A DNA stretch of 60,681 nt, the filler included, from Nemertoderma westbladi (lineage: Eukaryota > Animalia > Xenacoelomorpha): assembly GCA_032718475.1 (NCBI GenBank). It is 3 parts of 3 records of this genome, joined end to end, with 100 filler letters (N's around TTAATTAATTAA, not from the genome) between each part and the next. Parts side by side here need not be neighbours in the genome. Positions count along the whole stretch, not along the records: positions 18,224 to 41,797 come from JAUCBJ010000997.1; positions 41,898 to 60,681 come from JAUCBJ010003437.1; 1 more part is not named here. One strand, 5' to 3'. Numbering within the stretch: position 1 is the first letter of the stretch; each line of letters begins with the position of its first letter. The position numbers were made by a program, and so were the translations under genes. The notes under the pieces were generated by a model. That model was not told the origin of the DNA. It was given only the letters and a program-made list of their open reading frames with translations, and searched no databases. This document shows, in pieces, positions 34,444 through 47,000 of this stretch.

Positions 34444-37400
34444 TCGTCAAATATTGGGATTGTGTTTGAAGTGAAACAGATTCACTTTTTTGGGTAATCG
34501 AAGTCGAGGAATTCGAATCTGACAATAGTTTCTTAATTCAATTAGCCGTTCTTCTGATATTGTCTGTCTGTCTGTCATGTTTTTGTTTGTCTGACAAAAT
34601 ATGTTAGAATCCGATCAGTTTCTTATTACGAATTCCTAATAAATTTCTAACAGCTCTGATGGGCCATTGAATGACGTAGAATTCAACATTTGTCCAGTTT
34701 ATTTTATAAAAAGTACAGCTATATTTATAAAAAAATGAAAATGCCATTACAATATAACAAATACCGGTATACTGTATACCAAGTGAATATAAGTGCATAA
34801 AATATTTAGAAATATTATGGTGATTCAGAGTAAAGTTTGTATGTTGAAATTACGCTGTGTGGTAACTTTTTGAACATGCCATGCACAATGCCGGTGTATT
34901 GGGGCATTGAGGGCAATAAAACCGGGTCTTTTTTTGGATACCCTTAGAGTAACACTCGCGGCAACGGTTACGGGGCTTTGCGTCGGTAGCAGTTGGTGGA
35001 ATCTCCGCAATACAGTGAACCACAATTGGTGGAGCAGGAGAAGATGACGTTGAAGGCAGTGAATCCTGATACGTACATTTCTTCCGCTTGCGTGGAGTCT
35101 CCACAACAATCTGAGTGAGCCATTTAATTGCCTCCTTCATAGCATCCACCATGTGAGCATTCTTGTTTTTTTCTAGTTTATACATAATAAATGCATTTAC
35201 ACACAACCGAGCGAAAAAGTTGAATCCGACTTTCTTAAACCAAGCTTGGGATTTTCGAACTGGGTTGTAGTATTCGATCAACTGATCCTGAAGATCAACT
35301 CCACCCATGTTCTTATTGTACAAGTCGATGGGTGTTGGCTTCCTGTATGAAACCACATCCCCCCCACGAACATGGCGAGACTTCTCAACGTGGTCAGCCT
35401 TATCAACTGACGATAGAAAATGCACATCTCTCTTATCAGTGAACTTAATAGCGAGAAGGTGGTTTTTCCTCATGAAGGTGGTGGATATCGGCTTCTGCTT
35501 CATTGAAGCCAACACTCCAGGTATTCCACGTGAAGGGTTTATGGTGCCACGAATGCCAGTAGAACGGGTAAGCAAGTACTCGGCCAATCGCACACTGTTG
35601 TACCAGTTGTCTATGTGGCAAATGTAACCCTTGTCTAAGAGTCCCGCATCATCAAGTAATAGTACCACAATATTCTCACTGTGGCTAAGCGAGGATGTCT
35701 CATCCACTTGGGGAATGTCTGCCGCCCGACCACAATAAACTCTTGCACTGAGGGCATATCCTTTCGCATCACATAGTAAAAACGATTTGATGCCAAACCG
35801 AGCCCGTTTAGTGCGGATGAACATTTTAAAGCCAAGGCGACCCTTGTGGAGCAACAACGCCTCATCCAGGGAAAGATTCACCTGGGGTGTATACACCTTG
35901 AATAGCTCGTTCACGATGGTGAGGAATTCGTTCACCCTGGTGGCCCTCACTGTGACGTCAACATTGTCTGGGTTGGCAAATCGAATAAACTTCAGGATTT
36001 GTAAATATCGATCGCGACTAATTGATCCTGGCTGGGTAAAGAAGGGTGTTGCCATAAGTGTGTCCAACGCCCAGTACGACCTGAAATTGAAATTGATTTA
36101 TTGAACAGCAGAAGCAAACACCAAAAAAGCAGGTGTGGTACTTACCGGTATTTATTAAACACAGTTTACACTACCGGTAGCCGAAAAACAACAGCAGTGT
36201 GTGCTACTGTGTACATACCTCCTATAGTAAATGACCACACTGGACCACATCACAATGTTGACCACCTCTGTAATTATATTTATTCATTTTTTTATTTATT
36301 CATTTATTTTATATTTCCATTGGATTTAGGGGGTAGGGGGCCCCTACTCTCCCTCTCCCTACCATGTGCCAAAACCAGCTTTAATTAGGGTTAGCCACAG
36401 TTTCCGATTAGGGTTAAAACCATCATCTTTTGGTTAGCAGTTAGAGTTCTCAGACCCCAATCCTAAATCGCTTATACTGTATGTACTGGTAATTTAAATT
36501 AAACTATTTACCTGATATCTGGTTTGCGGATGATACCCATGTGAAAAGTTAGACCGATGAATTTCTTCATCTCAGCCACAGTGATTACCTTCCACTTCTT
36601 AGCACAAGTACCATCATCGTTTGTGTAAAATTTCTGAGCACGGATGTTTGTCCACGTGGCGACAGCTTCAAATAGCTGATCAGGTAGAAACACTTGGAAG
36701 TAGTCAATTACACTAAATTCAGAAGTGTCAATCCCATTGTTCCACCCCGGTGTTCCACTAAAATCGAATTGGACACTAAAACTAACGTCACTGGCTTCAG
36801 TGACAACATCCCACCCGTCACCTGGTAGAGGTGCAATTGCATAACGAGAGCTGCTGTCTGATGAGTCGTCGGAATCATCAACAGAACCCTCACTTGAACT
36901 ACTAGCTGCATCACCCTGGTTATCCCCACTTTCCATTCCCGTCACATCGTCACCACTTTCTCCACTACCATCAACATAATCATCGACTTCATCGTCGCTC
37001 TCATTACTTAGAGTAAAACCATAGTAATTAACAGGATGGCGATCTCTTTCAGGTCTGTCTGCCATGGCCACTGTTAGACTGTTAGACGTACAGTCACTCA
37101 ATATAGGCCCTAATAATTAATATAATCAGATAATCGTATTATATAATATAATAAATAGTATATATCAGTATATTCCAAATGGCACAAGTAGGCTGCCGGT
37201 AATAGGCTACACTTAATTTCACTAGGCCTATTACAGTATATATTATGAGAATAAATTCTACCGTAATTCTAATTCACTACGCACTACGTACCGGTAATAA
37301 TAATAATAATCATTAATTGATATAGGCCTATACCGGTAATAAATAATTATTATAAATTTATATGATAATTATAGGCCTAATAAAAAACAGCATACGTCAT

Positions 37401-37894
37401 ACACATAAGTGCAGCAGTGCCGTAAATTGATTCACAAATGACTGACTGAATATACAATTACTAACAAATGGATGGATGGAACGTAGTAGCTTTAGTCACC
37501 TACAGGATAATATTATGATGTGTTATCCAATCACAAACGAGATAACAAACCACTCCAGGGTTTAGGGCACGGTACCCCGTAATGTATAATGGATAGTAGT
37601 CAACAATCTACCTACAACCAATTCGCCCTGCCTCAACAAAGGCAGCAAAGTTGGAAGTAAAAGGCCTAGATTTGAATCTCCATAGAAGGCAAGGTAAACC
37701 CATTAGCCAATCAAATGGCTGCAAAAAAATTTCAAAAATTATTGTCCTAAGGCACTGAATAGTGAATTGGAACACTTTCTAAGGCGCTGTTGGGTGGTGG
37801 ATGGCCTGCTTATCAAGTGAGATGCCATGGTACAACAGTTGGGACATAGCGCAGGTGGTTATGGTACAACAGGTGGGACATAGTACTAAAAGGG
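33893..37894 (-). mobile_element. Full-length piggyBac transposon (~4.0 kb)
   Basis: 13-bp TIRs CCCTTTTAGTACT (33893-33905) and AGTACTAAAAGGG (37882-37894), with TTAA on both sides (33889-33892, 37895-37898). Subterminal direct repeat ATGGTACAACAG(T/G)TGGGACATAG occurs twice. Confidence 0.95.
34850..37065 (-). CDS. piggyBac transposase (PGBD4-like), two exons 37065-36512 and 36080-34850, ~594 aa
   Basis: A GT-AG intron at 36511-36081 joins ...KPDIR|SYWALDT in frame. DDD triad in LDEA, IDNWYNS and GGVDLQDQ. Acidic N-terminus. C-terminal Cys-rich domain CREC...CPQC...LCMAC..YH. Confidence 0.93.
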
Positions 37895-39756
37895 TTAAGA
37901 GAGCTGTCTGCTCCACATTGACAACTATTGGGTTCTCATTCGTTATTACTTATTAGGCTGCTCTCTGCTTATGCGCGTAATTCATTACAACAAACAATAA
38001 ACTAATAATTGTGTTGTATAGACGGTGCTTCGGCCAATGTTTCGTTTTGCGTTTTTCGTTATTAGGCTTCCCTGCATAGGCGGGTAATTTATTACAACAA
38101 TATTGATAGCAATGGATCCGTCCATATTGCCAGCTCTCGCTGGCAAGCTTGTTAATTAAAAATATTTATCAATTTGAAGTTCTGTCAAGATTGGTTATGA
38201 CAGGATAAATGAACTGGGGTGCATTGGGTAAGGTGCTGTGAGCGAGTCATTCGTGTGGGGTTGGGTGGGGGGTAATTCCACGTCAAATCATCCAGATATT
38301 TTTGATTTTGTAAAAAATTGATCTATCGCGTTAGGTGTGTAGATGACATTTTTCCTATTTACAACCATAATCATTGCAAGTAGTTGTCAAAATTGTTCAT
38401 GCTGGGGTAATTTGGGGTGTTGATCACGAATCCGACATCAAAATTTTGATTGGGATACCCTAGAGTTTATATTTTCTCAACTTTTGATAATGACGATTGG
38501 CGTCAGACTAAATATTTTTGATTTCTAATTTCCTCATGTAGCTGAATATCTTTGAGCTAGATATTCTCAGTGTAGATGTCTGATATACGGAGTGTATTTA
38601 CAGAAAAAATTGTGTGTGACATATTTGAAGTTCATGATTTATCACTGTTTCATTAAATATCATATTATCGCGATCGCGTCATTCCGAGCGAGGGCTAATC
38701 CGGGGGGGGGGGGGGGGGTGGGGGGTTGTTAGGTCATAACTCATAACATAACATATAGTGGCAATTGACTCAAAAGTTCGGTATTTATGTGAAACTAATA
38801 AAAAAAAAAAAAAAAAGTAGTAGGGTGCACTGCACACTAGAGTTGGTGAAACAGAGACCTGTTTTTCTTAATCCCGGTAAACCAGAGCCCAACCCGGAGA
38901 AATATTTTGAAAAATACCGGAGACCAGAGCCAGAGATCAGAGACTTTGCTTATTTTTGTGCTTACAATTTGATTACTCCCCTATAGCTCAAACAGGTACA
39001 TACGGACTGATAACTATATTTCTATGGTTCAATTCCAGTAAATCCAACCCATTTCAACCCCTACTTACTTACCCATTGGAAGGAAATAAGCGCACGTACA
39101 GTTTGGGGGACTTAATTAATATTAATTTGGTTATTTGTCTATTAATTCATTCTTATTTTGTTATTGTTAATAATATGTTAGTAGTAATGGTTTGCCATCC
39201 TCGGCGACAGTTAGACCAACTAGAATGATATAATGAAATAATATACAATAAAAATAAATAGAAATAATAATATACAATAGAATGATAGAATGAAATATAA
39301 AGACGCGAGCGGGGCCCAAAACATAAATTACCCTTTCAAGAAAATAAAATGGACCAGTTTGGCCCTAGCTCATTCCCTCAATAATCTGTGGCTGTTTGGG
39401 CTCTTATTAGACGTAGCATGACTAACCCCACCATTGAATCCTAAGTTGAGTTATACTGTATACCAACGTTGGGCTGCCACAAAGTTTAAATTATTTAAAT
39501 TATCATTCGTTATCATGTAAACCATTGTCAAATCACCTAAGGAAATTATAATAAACATCTGGTCTTGCAATAGATTATTCTTCTTTCACAACTCCATTCT
39601 AGCCTCCCTCTATAATAGCCCCCATTCACCGCATTCCCATTCATTCTCTAATTTTATTTTTAAAAGTTTTATTTATTTTCATAAAAGTTTTATTTATTTA
39701 AAATTTTGTAAAATCATTCAGCGAAAATTCATAATATCAATTGACATTGCTATATA

Positions 39757-40528
39757 ATGCCTAGTTATGAAAGATGTTTGGTTTGTAATAAAGAAATGAG
39801 ACAAGACAATCTATCTCATCATATGGAAAGACATAGAAAGGATAAACTAATGGATCCATTACCAAAGAAATTTAAAAAATCCTAAGATATTTTTAGTGAA
39901 GATGAAAAGAAAAAGAGAGTTGAGCGTGATATATTAAAGATAAAACAGACAATGGAAAATAAATTTCATAAAGTTATGAATATTTTGAAAGGGATACAAA
40001 AACAGTTACCCCTAGAAAATGATGGGAATTTGAGTGAGGAAGATGAAGAAGAAGAGGATGATGAGATGGAGAATGAAAATAGTGAGGGTCAAGATGAAGT
40101 TGAAGAGAGTGAGGTTGAGAACGAAGTGAGTGAAGGTCAGGAAGATGACGAAGAAAGTGAAGGTCAGGAAGAGGGTGAAGAAAGCGAAGGTCAGGAAGAG
40201 AATGAAGAAAGTGAAGAACAGGAAGAGGATGAAGAAAGTGAAGAACAGGAAGAGGATGACGAAAGTGAAGGTCAGAAAGAGGATGAAGAAAGTGAAGGTC
40301 AGGAAGAGGACGAAGAAAGTGAAGGTCAGGGAAGTGAAGAAGATGATGAAAATGATAATAATAAGGAAATATTGAGACAATTACTTGGAAATAAGAATAA
40401 ATTGCGGAAAATTATTAAACATTTGAAGGAAAATGAAGAAAATAAAGAGGTGACATTGAGACAAATATTAGGAAACAAAAATCAAATGCGGAAATTTATT
40501 AAACAAATGGAAGAAAATGAGGAAAATT
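39757..40528 (+). pseudogene. Disrupted gene: C2H2-like zinc finger + Glu-rich repeats; in-frame stop and 3' truncation by repeat family A
   Basis: ATG 39757 reads MPSYERCLVCNKEMRQDNLSHHMERH... to a TAA, then continues in the same frame into ORF 39952..40569. That ORF has EESEGQEEDE 30-bp repeats and a duplicated LRQ.LGNKN..RK.IK motif. Confidence 0.6.
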
Positions 40529-41797
40529 GTAAAAGCTTTTGCGTAATTAGCCGGTTATTATCCCCGTAAAGTACTCTGTGGTTGGTTTACCAGGCATAAA
40601 AAGGCCGTGTCCTTGCTGTACTGGTGTTTTGGAGGACATAAAAGCCATTTCTTCTGTATTTGTACTTTAGAGGACATAATCTGTAATTTCGTGACGTAAA
40701 AGGCTCGATACTCTTGAAAACAGTGTCGCTACCATGACGACGGCTAACGGCTGATATTGCCACGTTGCAACTTTTTGTATCTCCCAATAGAATTTGAGTT
40801 AGCCTTGATTTTGACCTATCACAGAGCTACTGAACTGAAAATTTCCTATCTCACTGCTCTTTCTCTGTGTTGAACGGGAGCTTCGTGGAATAAGGGTAGT
40901 TGGTATCCTCGTATAGAGCAGTAGTCACGAGTTTTTCAAAGCCACGAAAGAACGGCTTTGTAGTGTTTTGTGCTTTCTGCTTTTAGCTCAACACTAGTAG
41001 GTTTAATTATAAGGACATATATCCTTTAACTCATGGAATCACTGATCTGTGAATACTGCTGACACACGGCTTTTAATAACTGCTGAAACTGCTAAAATTT
41101 ACCTGCTCAATCAATACTGTATACTGCTATTTGTTGTCGGTTATTCATTATATTGGTTGATGAATTATTATATTGGAATAACGAGAAATAACCCCGAAAA
41201 CCCAATATTCTTGATATACCGAAGGTAAGAGAGAAAGGTTACCAATAACGATTGTGACTTATGTTAAAGTGGTTTGAAGTGAATCTAATTTTATTTGATA
41301 GACCCTACATGAGTCAGTCTGTGTTCCTTTTATATGTGACTAAAATCAGTGAAGATTAGCAGATTAGTGTGCAGTATTGTGCAGCATTGTGTATGAGTGA
41401 GTCTGTTAAAGAAGCAATTCCTAAAGAATGCGCCATATATGTGAATTATAATTAAGCCATATCGTTGTGAGTAGTTTAAGTCATAACTCTGTTTATATAG
41501 ATAAAGCGCCACGTCCTAAAGGAACTGTTAATATTCCCGAAGGTGAATAATATTGTCAGAGATTATATAATACTGTCAGTCGAATAATACATTAGGCTTA
41601 CATAGCAATAAAATTAAACCGTCGAACCCAATCTCCCGGGAATATCCAGCGGGTGAATGATCGCGCACAGATTGGTTTCGACTAGTGTAGTGAATCAAAT
41701 ACTTGTCATAGGCTAAAAAGCGATTTAATATCTAGAAGACATCTTAATTTGGCGGGTTAAACTGCCAAAGGTCTGAAAGCGCGAACATTAAAGGATA
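40528..41797 (+). repeat. Dispersed repeat family A, copy 2 (runs into the gap)
   Basis: Near-identical to 14958-16190 over most of its length. Confidence 0.9.
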
Positions 41798-41897
41798 NNN
41801 NNNNNNNNNNNNNNNNNNNNNNNNNNNNNNNNNNNNNNNNNTTAATTAATTAANNNNNNNNNNNNNNNNNNNNNNNNNNNNNNNNNNNNNNNNNNNN
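41798..41897. other. Artificial assembly linker/gap (N44-TTAATTAATTAA-N44)
   Basis: Same structure as 18124-18223. Confidence 0.95.
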
Positions 41898-42224
41898 GAA
41901 GAGGTCCCATGTGTGGAGATGGATGAAAGGGTGTGTTCGCAAGTGTGGATACATGACAATGTCGCTGTGATGTTCCCAGATATAGAACTGATACGAAACA
42001 TAGAAATTAACTTGAAATATGGTCTAACAATCACCCATGATGGCTGCCAAACGCAATGTTGCAATTCAAAGTGCCCAGGTGCTATATGGAAGTACACAGA
42101 AGTTATAACAACCACAGAGGAAGTTGCTGAAGAGGCCAGCACCACCGATGTAAGCGGATCAGTTCAAATCGGGTCTTACTGCCATGTCATTGCGTCTATC
42201 CTTATTCTTTACGGAATGTTCTAG
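41898..42224 (+). CDS. Partial 3' exon of a putative Ly6/three-finger (quiver-like) GPI-anchored protein
   Basis: Open from the contig edge. Cys pattern C..C...GCQTQCCNSKC, then a Thr/Glu/Ser linker and a hydrophobic C-terminal tail VIASILILYGMF*. Confidence 0.5.
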   Translation, partial: EEVPCVEMDERVCSQVWIHDNVAVMFPDIELIRNIEINLKYGLTITHDGCQTQCCNSKCPGAIWKYTEVITTTEEVAEEASTTDVSGSVQIGSYCHVIASILILYGMF

Positions 42225-42687
42225 AACTGTTAAAGAAACAATGACACGAGTATTATTGTCGTATAGTCTGAGTTTAGGATATTTATTGTGCGTTTATCTC
42301 TTAAACACATATTGGGTAACGATTGTGCATTTATCTATTGGGCTACGATATTTATTGTGCAATGTCTTTAGCAGAACCCTCTCAAGAAAAAGTGCCATAA
42401 TATAGTGACATAGTTTTACTGGCCGGGGGGGGGGGGGGGGGGGGGGGGGGGCGCGGTTGTCGTGGTTACCAAGGATAACAGTGATGCCTTGCATCACAAG
42501 ATGTGGTTCGGTCTATTAAGTTAAAACATATTTTACTAGAAAGCAATCAGATACCGCAGTCATTTCAGGATTCTAAAATTTTGAAATAAAACGCATAAAA
42601 AGTTGTTATGTTCCTGTTTCACCTACTAAGTTCAGTTCATTCGTGAAACAAACACCGTTCATAACAATGTAATGTGTTACATTATTA

Positions 42688-43607
42688 CACCAAGTCCTGG
42701 AATATAGTATCGTTTTTCAGGTACCTGGACCCACCCCCCCCCCCCCCCCCCCCAAATATTTCTACAAATCTTAATGAGATTGCATGAAATTTGAAACAGA
42801 GGTAGTTTCACCTCCCTCCTCCTTGTCTGGGTGAGCCAGAATTTTTATTTTCACTTTCATTCTTTAGCTACAAGCGTTTGAAAAAGGTGTCTCCGGCTAT
42901 TTTTCACATGTCACAGTGCAATCATTCTTCGACCTTATAGTGATTTGATGGTACTAATGGAAAGCTGACCACGCAAGGATTCCAAATATGTAAATATATT
43001 TTAATTTGGTTGGGAAACACCTGAGATATGGGCGTTCGAATGTTGCATGGAATTGCTTCCCCTGCAGGCCATTAATTATATTGAATTAATATACCATATT
43101 CTAGAACATTTTGTTTATCACATACGTAGCTGGGCAACAATGCAATACCTCTTTAATTATACTATTACGTAGCTATTCATACATAAACAAAATGTTCTAG
43201 AATATGGTATATTAATTAAATATAATTAATGGCCTGCAGGGGAAGCAATTCCATGCAACATTTGAACGCTCATATCTCAGCTATTTCCCAAACAAATTCA
43301 GATTATGTTACATATTTGGAATCCTTGCATGGCCAGCTTTCCATCAGTACCAACAAATCCCTATAAGGTTGAAGAATAACTGCGGTGTAACTGGTGAAAT
43401 ATCACCGGAGACACCTTTTTTAAACGCTTGTAGCCAAAGAATGAAAGCGAAAATAAAAATTCTGGCTCACCCAGCAAGGAGGAGGGAGGTGAAACTATCT
43501 CTGTTTCAAATTTCATGCAATCTCATTAAGATTTGTAGAAAAATTAGGGGGGGGGGGGGGGGGGGGTCAGGTACCAGAATAACGACACTATATTCCAGGA
43601 CATGGTG
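42688..43607. mobile_element. Foldback MITE (family B), Tc1/mariner-type TA target site
   Basis: TA-CACCAAGTCCTGGAATATAG ... CTATATTCCAGGACATGGTG-TA. The ~430-bp arms are reverse-complementary, including the poly-C/poly-G tracts. Confidence 0.9.
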
Positions 43608-44048
43608 TATATAGGGAGGTATACTTGGTACATCAACAAATATCAAGACTCAAGAGTTTAGAAAATAATTTGCGTCTTGCGTGTGGGACTTTATAGAGTT
43701 ATCCAGTTTGCCGCTAGAAGGCGAAATATCTGGAAGTGACAACGTTTTCCGATATTTACTTGTTTTGTTCAGTTCAAACTGAAACTATTTACTAGAGTAC
43801 TAGACCAAGGGCTGCGTCTTTGTGATGACGTAGAACTATTTGCAATTCTCTATAATAAAGAGTACATATTAATGTAGTCTGTCAAAAGTTTATTAATATT
43901 TCAAGGGTAAATTAGGTGGGGTATTCGTGTACCACGTAAGTCACTGAATATTCCTCGGGCAGTATCTCGTGCTGCGCGAAGGTCCTACGAACGCGTTCTC
44001 AGTGTATTTTACCTTTAAATTCCAAACAAAAAGTGCTACAATTTCTAC

Positions 44049-47000
44049 CTGTAAGATTCCCAAGGATTGTGGACCCGTAATGCTATACCTGTACTCGCAT
44101 TCCAAGGCGATGAAACCCTTTCCACACTGCGTTCCCACGACTTGGGTGGATTTCTCGAAACTTTCAGCTGATCTACCCAATTGGTTAACTAATTCCTGAG
44201 TGTCCGAAACCGTTAAACTTCCGCAGAATCTAAAAATAATAATGGAAAGAAAGTGAAGGACAAGAGAATAGATAGAAATAGGAACCCAATAAACACTCGA
44301 TTGTGTCCTCTATGTTGGTGCAGCACAGCAGCCTATGAAACTGGTTGATTTTTGTTTGAGGTAGAAAACGTCACAAACTTCTTGTTAATTTTATTATTTT
44401 ATTTTTACAAGGTAATTAATATCTCAGCCAATAATGTGACGCGTTGGAAACTTCGCTCTGATGTACGAGGAGTGAACGAAGTGTTTTCTACAAACTCTTA
44501 CATTCTACAAATGACTGAAGACAATGGCGCTAAGTTATTCTGACTAAAATTCCGTCAGGTCTCGGAACGTCTGTCGCACAGGTCTCGGAACGTCTGTCGC
44601 ACAGGTCTCGGAACGTCTGTCGCACAGGTCTCGGAACGTCTGTCACACAGGTCTCGGAACGTCTGTCGCACAGGTCTCGGAACGTCTGTCGCACAGGTCT
44701 CGGAACGTCTGTCGCACAGGTCTCGGAACGTCTGTCGCACAGGTCTCGGAACGTCTGTCGCAGAGGTCTCGGAACGTCTGTCGCAGAGGTCTCGGAACGT
44801 CTGTCGCACAGGTCTCGGAACGTCTGTCGCACAGGTCTCGGAACGTCTGTCGCACAGGTCTCGGAACGTCTGTCGCAGAGGTCTCGGAACGTCTGTCGCA
44901 CAGGTCTCGGAACGTCTGTCGCACAGGTCTCGGAACGTCTTCGCACAGGTCTCGGAACGTCTGTCGCACAGGTCTCGGAACGTCTGTGATCTTGAATAGA
45001 TTGGCGATGGATCAACCGGGTACGTGTAATTAATATAAAATAATTACTAACCGAGACAAGATAATGTTCTCGTTGTCCCACCAGGCGGCGCTGTTTAATA
45101 TAAAAGGGCTACACGATACTTTATCTTTCGATAGAGGCGTTCGATTCTTAGTGTCTTCCGACTCCGCGCACTTTTCCATCTGTTCGTCTAGACTCCAGAC
45201 CTTATCCAATCGGAGTCCAGGCAACGACCAGAGACACAACCGCCCTGAGTAATGTACGGTTGCTAGGCACCCACCGTCGTGAGAAACGCTCATTATAAAC
45301 ACAGCGTCATCGCGCGATGCGTTGCCACGCAACCAGAAACCCCGCCAGTTTTGAAAAATTCGATTAATAAAATTAGCGCCATCTAGCGGGAGATCGTCGC
45401 GAATCAACTTAAAGTATGGATAACCGGAGAGTCGACGGTAGCCATGGATACCGGCAGTGACGCAATCAGGTCGGGATACGCCCTCCAACGGCGGAGAAGG
45501 GCTTTGACTGGCTACCAGCAGTAGTTGGTGGGTTGGGATGTAGACGACCGAGGTAACGAAGGGACTGCGCAATCTGTAGGTGTAGTTGCTATGGTAACCG
45601 GTACTGTCGCCTAGTAGGTAACTAGTTACCACCCCCGAGTAAGTAACAGCCAGTAGTTCCACGTTCCATTCGGTTGTTTGTTTATACTCGGTAAATACCA
45701 TAGCAACCAGGGATGTCGTATCTTTTGGTACAGTGCAATGGTTAGAGCCATCCAGTGGTGGGATTGAAAACAGCCGTTTACCTAATGAAGGCAATAGTAA
45801 TATGACTGAATGTGGCGGTGGAAGTATTAAATGGGTTTCGGTCAACTTTGTGCCGCTATGTATTTCACATATCAGTAAGACAAAATTATAATATATTATA
45901 TTATCGATAAATTATATCGCGATTATTTACATGGTAAATAATGTAGAACATTATAAAAACCAAAACAACTTAAAGCTACATATTGAACGTTAAATAACAA
46001 GGAAGATAGTTTCACTATGCTCGCGATTCTTTATTTAACCTCGCTACACTCGGTATCGGTAAATAAAATATCTCGAGTGGAAATATGTTCCATGTTAACA
46101 TGTAATGTAATAAATATTAAAAAATAATTTCGTTTTAGAGTAACGAAAAACTTGTTCGGGAACTAGTTTTTTAAATAATAGGGAACATTTTCTAGATCAT
46201 CAATAATAGCAAAAACTGGCTATGACATTATAATTATAAATATTCTAGAATCAAAATAATGTTTTAAACTTATTTACATAGCAACAATTAGCTAGTAAGC
46301 ATGATTTTTAATCTATCTTTATATCTTTTAATAATTTTTAGTCTAGAATAAATAATCATTCCAGGACGTTTTTTTTTAACAATAATTCCATTCCCAAAAA
46401 GTTGAGATCAGGATTATATATTTCGCTGGAACCCGAGAGGGCTATTCGACACCTCCCCTTAAGAGTTGACTGAAGAATGAAGGGAAGTGGAGATGAAAAA
46501 CAAGTAGAAATCAATGTGAACTGCCGGAACTATTATATTATATCATTAGAATAGAATCAGTTATTATTAAGTAGCAAACAGAGGGTGAAGGTGCAAGAAA
46601 GTGACAAAACAGCGCCTTTTGTAGGCAGACATTATGCAAATAATCGGGATCGGAAGGTCTGAATGCTGATTGGCCGTAGCTCGTCCCTGATTGGTCGGAG
46701 CTACTGGTTGGCCAAATAGTTGGTTTCGATCCTATTGCACATAACATGGGCTGGCGAGGGCTGAGGTCGACGGTGACATGGTCATCTGATATAGAAACGT
46801 ATCAGCGTTTGGCAAACCAAACGTGACACCAATGGACAAACCTACACGGTTCGATCTGATAGGCTATCAGATCGAACCGTGATAGCACATAGAAACATAT
46901 CAGCGTGTGGAGATGTAAACGTGATCCCACTGAACAAACCTAAACGAGATTATTCACAGCAATAATGTACCGTGTTCTTTTTATTACAAAATTGTAACAT

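Larger units (their letters stand above)
33408..38153 (+). mobile_element. Non-autonomous Helentron-type (DINE-1/HINE-like) element interrupted by the piggyBac
   Basis: 12-bp subterminal inverted repeats TGGACGGATCCA (33408-33419) and TGGATCCGTCCA (38113-38124). A short 5' inverted copy and a (GTTT/GTCT)n tract lie near the 5' end. A 3' hairpin TTGCCAGC-tctc-GCTGGCAA (38127-38146) is followed by a T-rich end. Confidence 0.65.

Noticed and set aside
44530-45081. ORFs with RRSETCATDVPRP repeats; CRISPR-like appearance
   Set aside because: 23-bp head-to-tail minisatellite without spacers in an NBAS intron.
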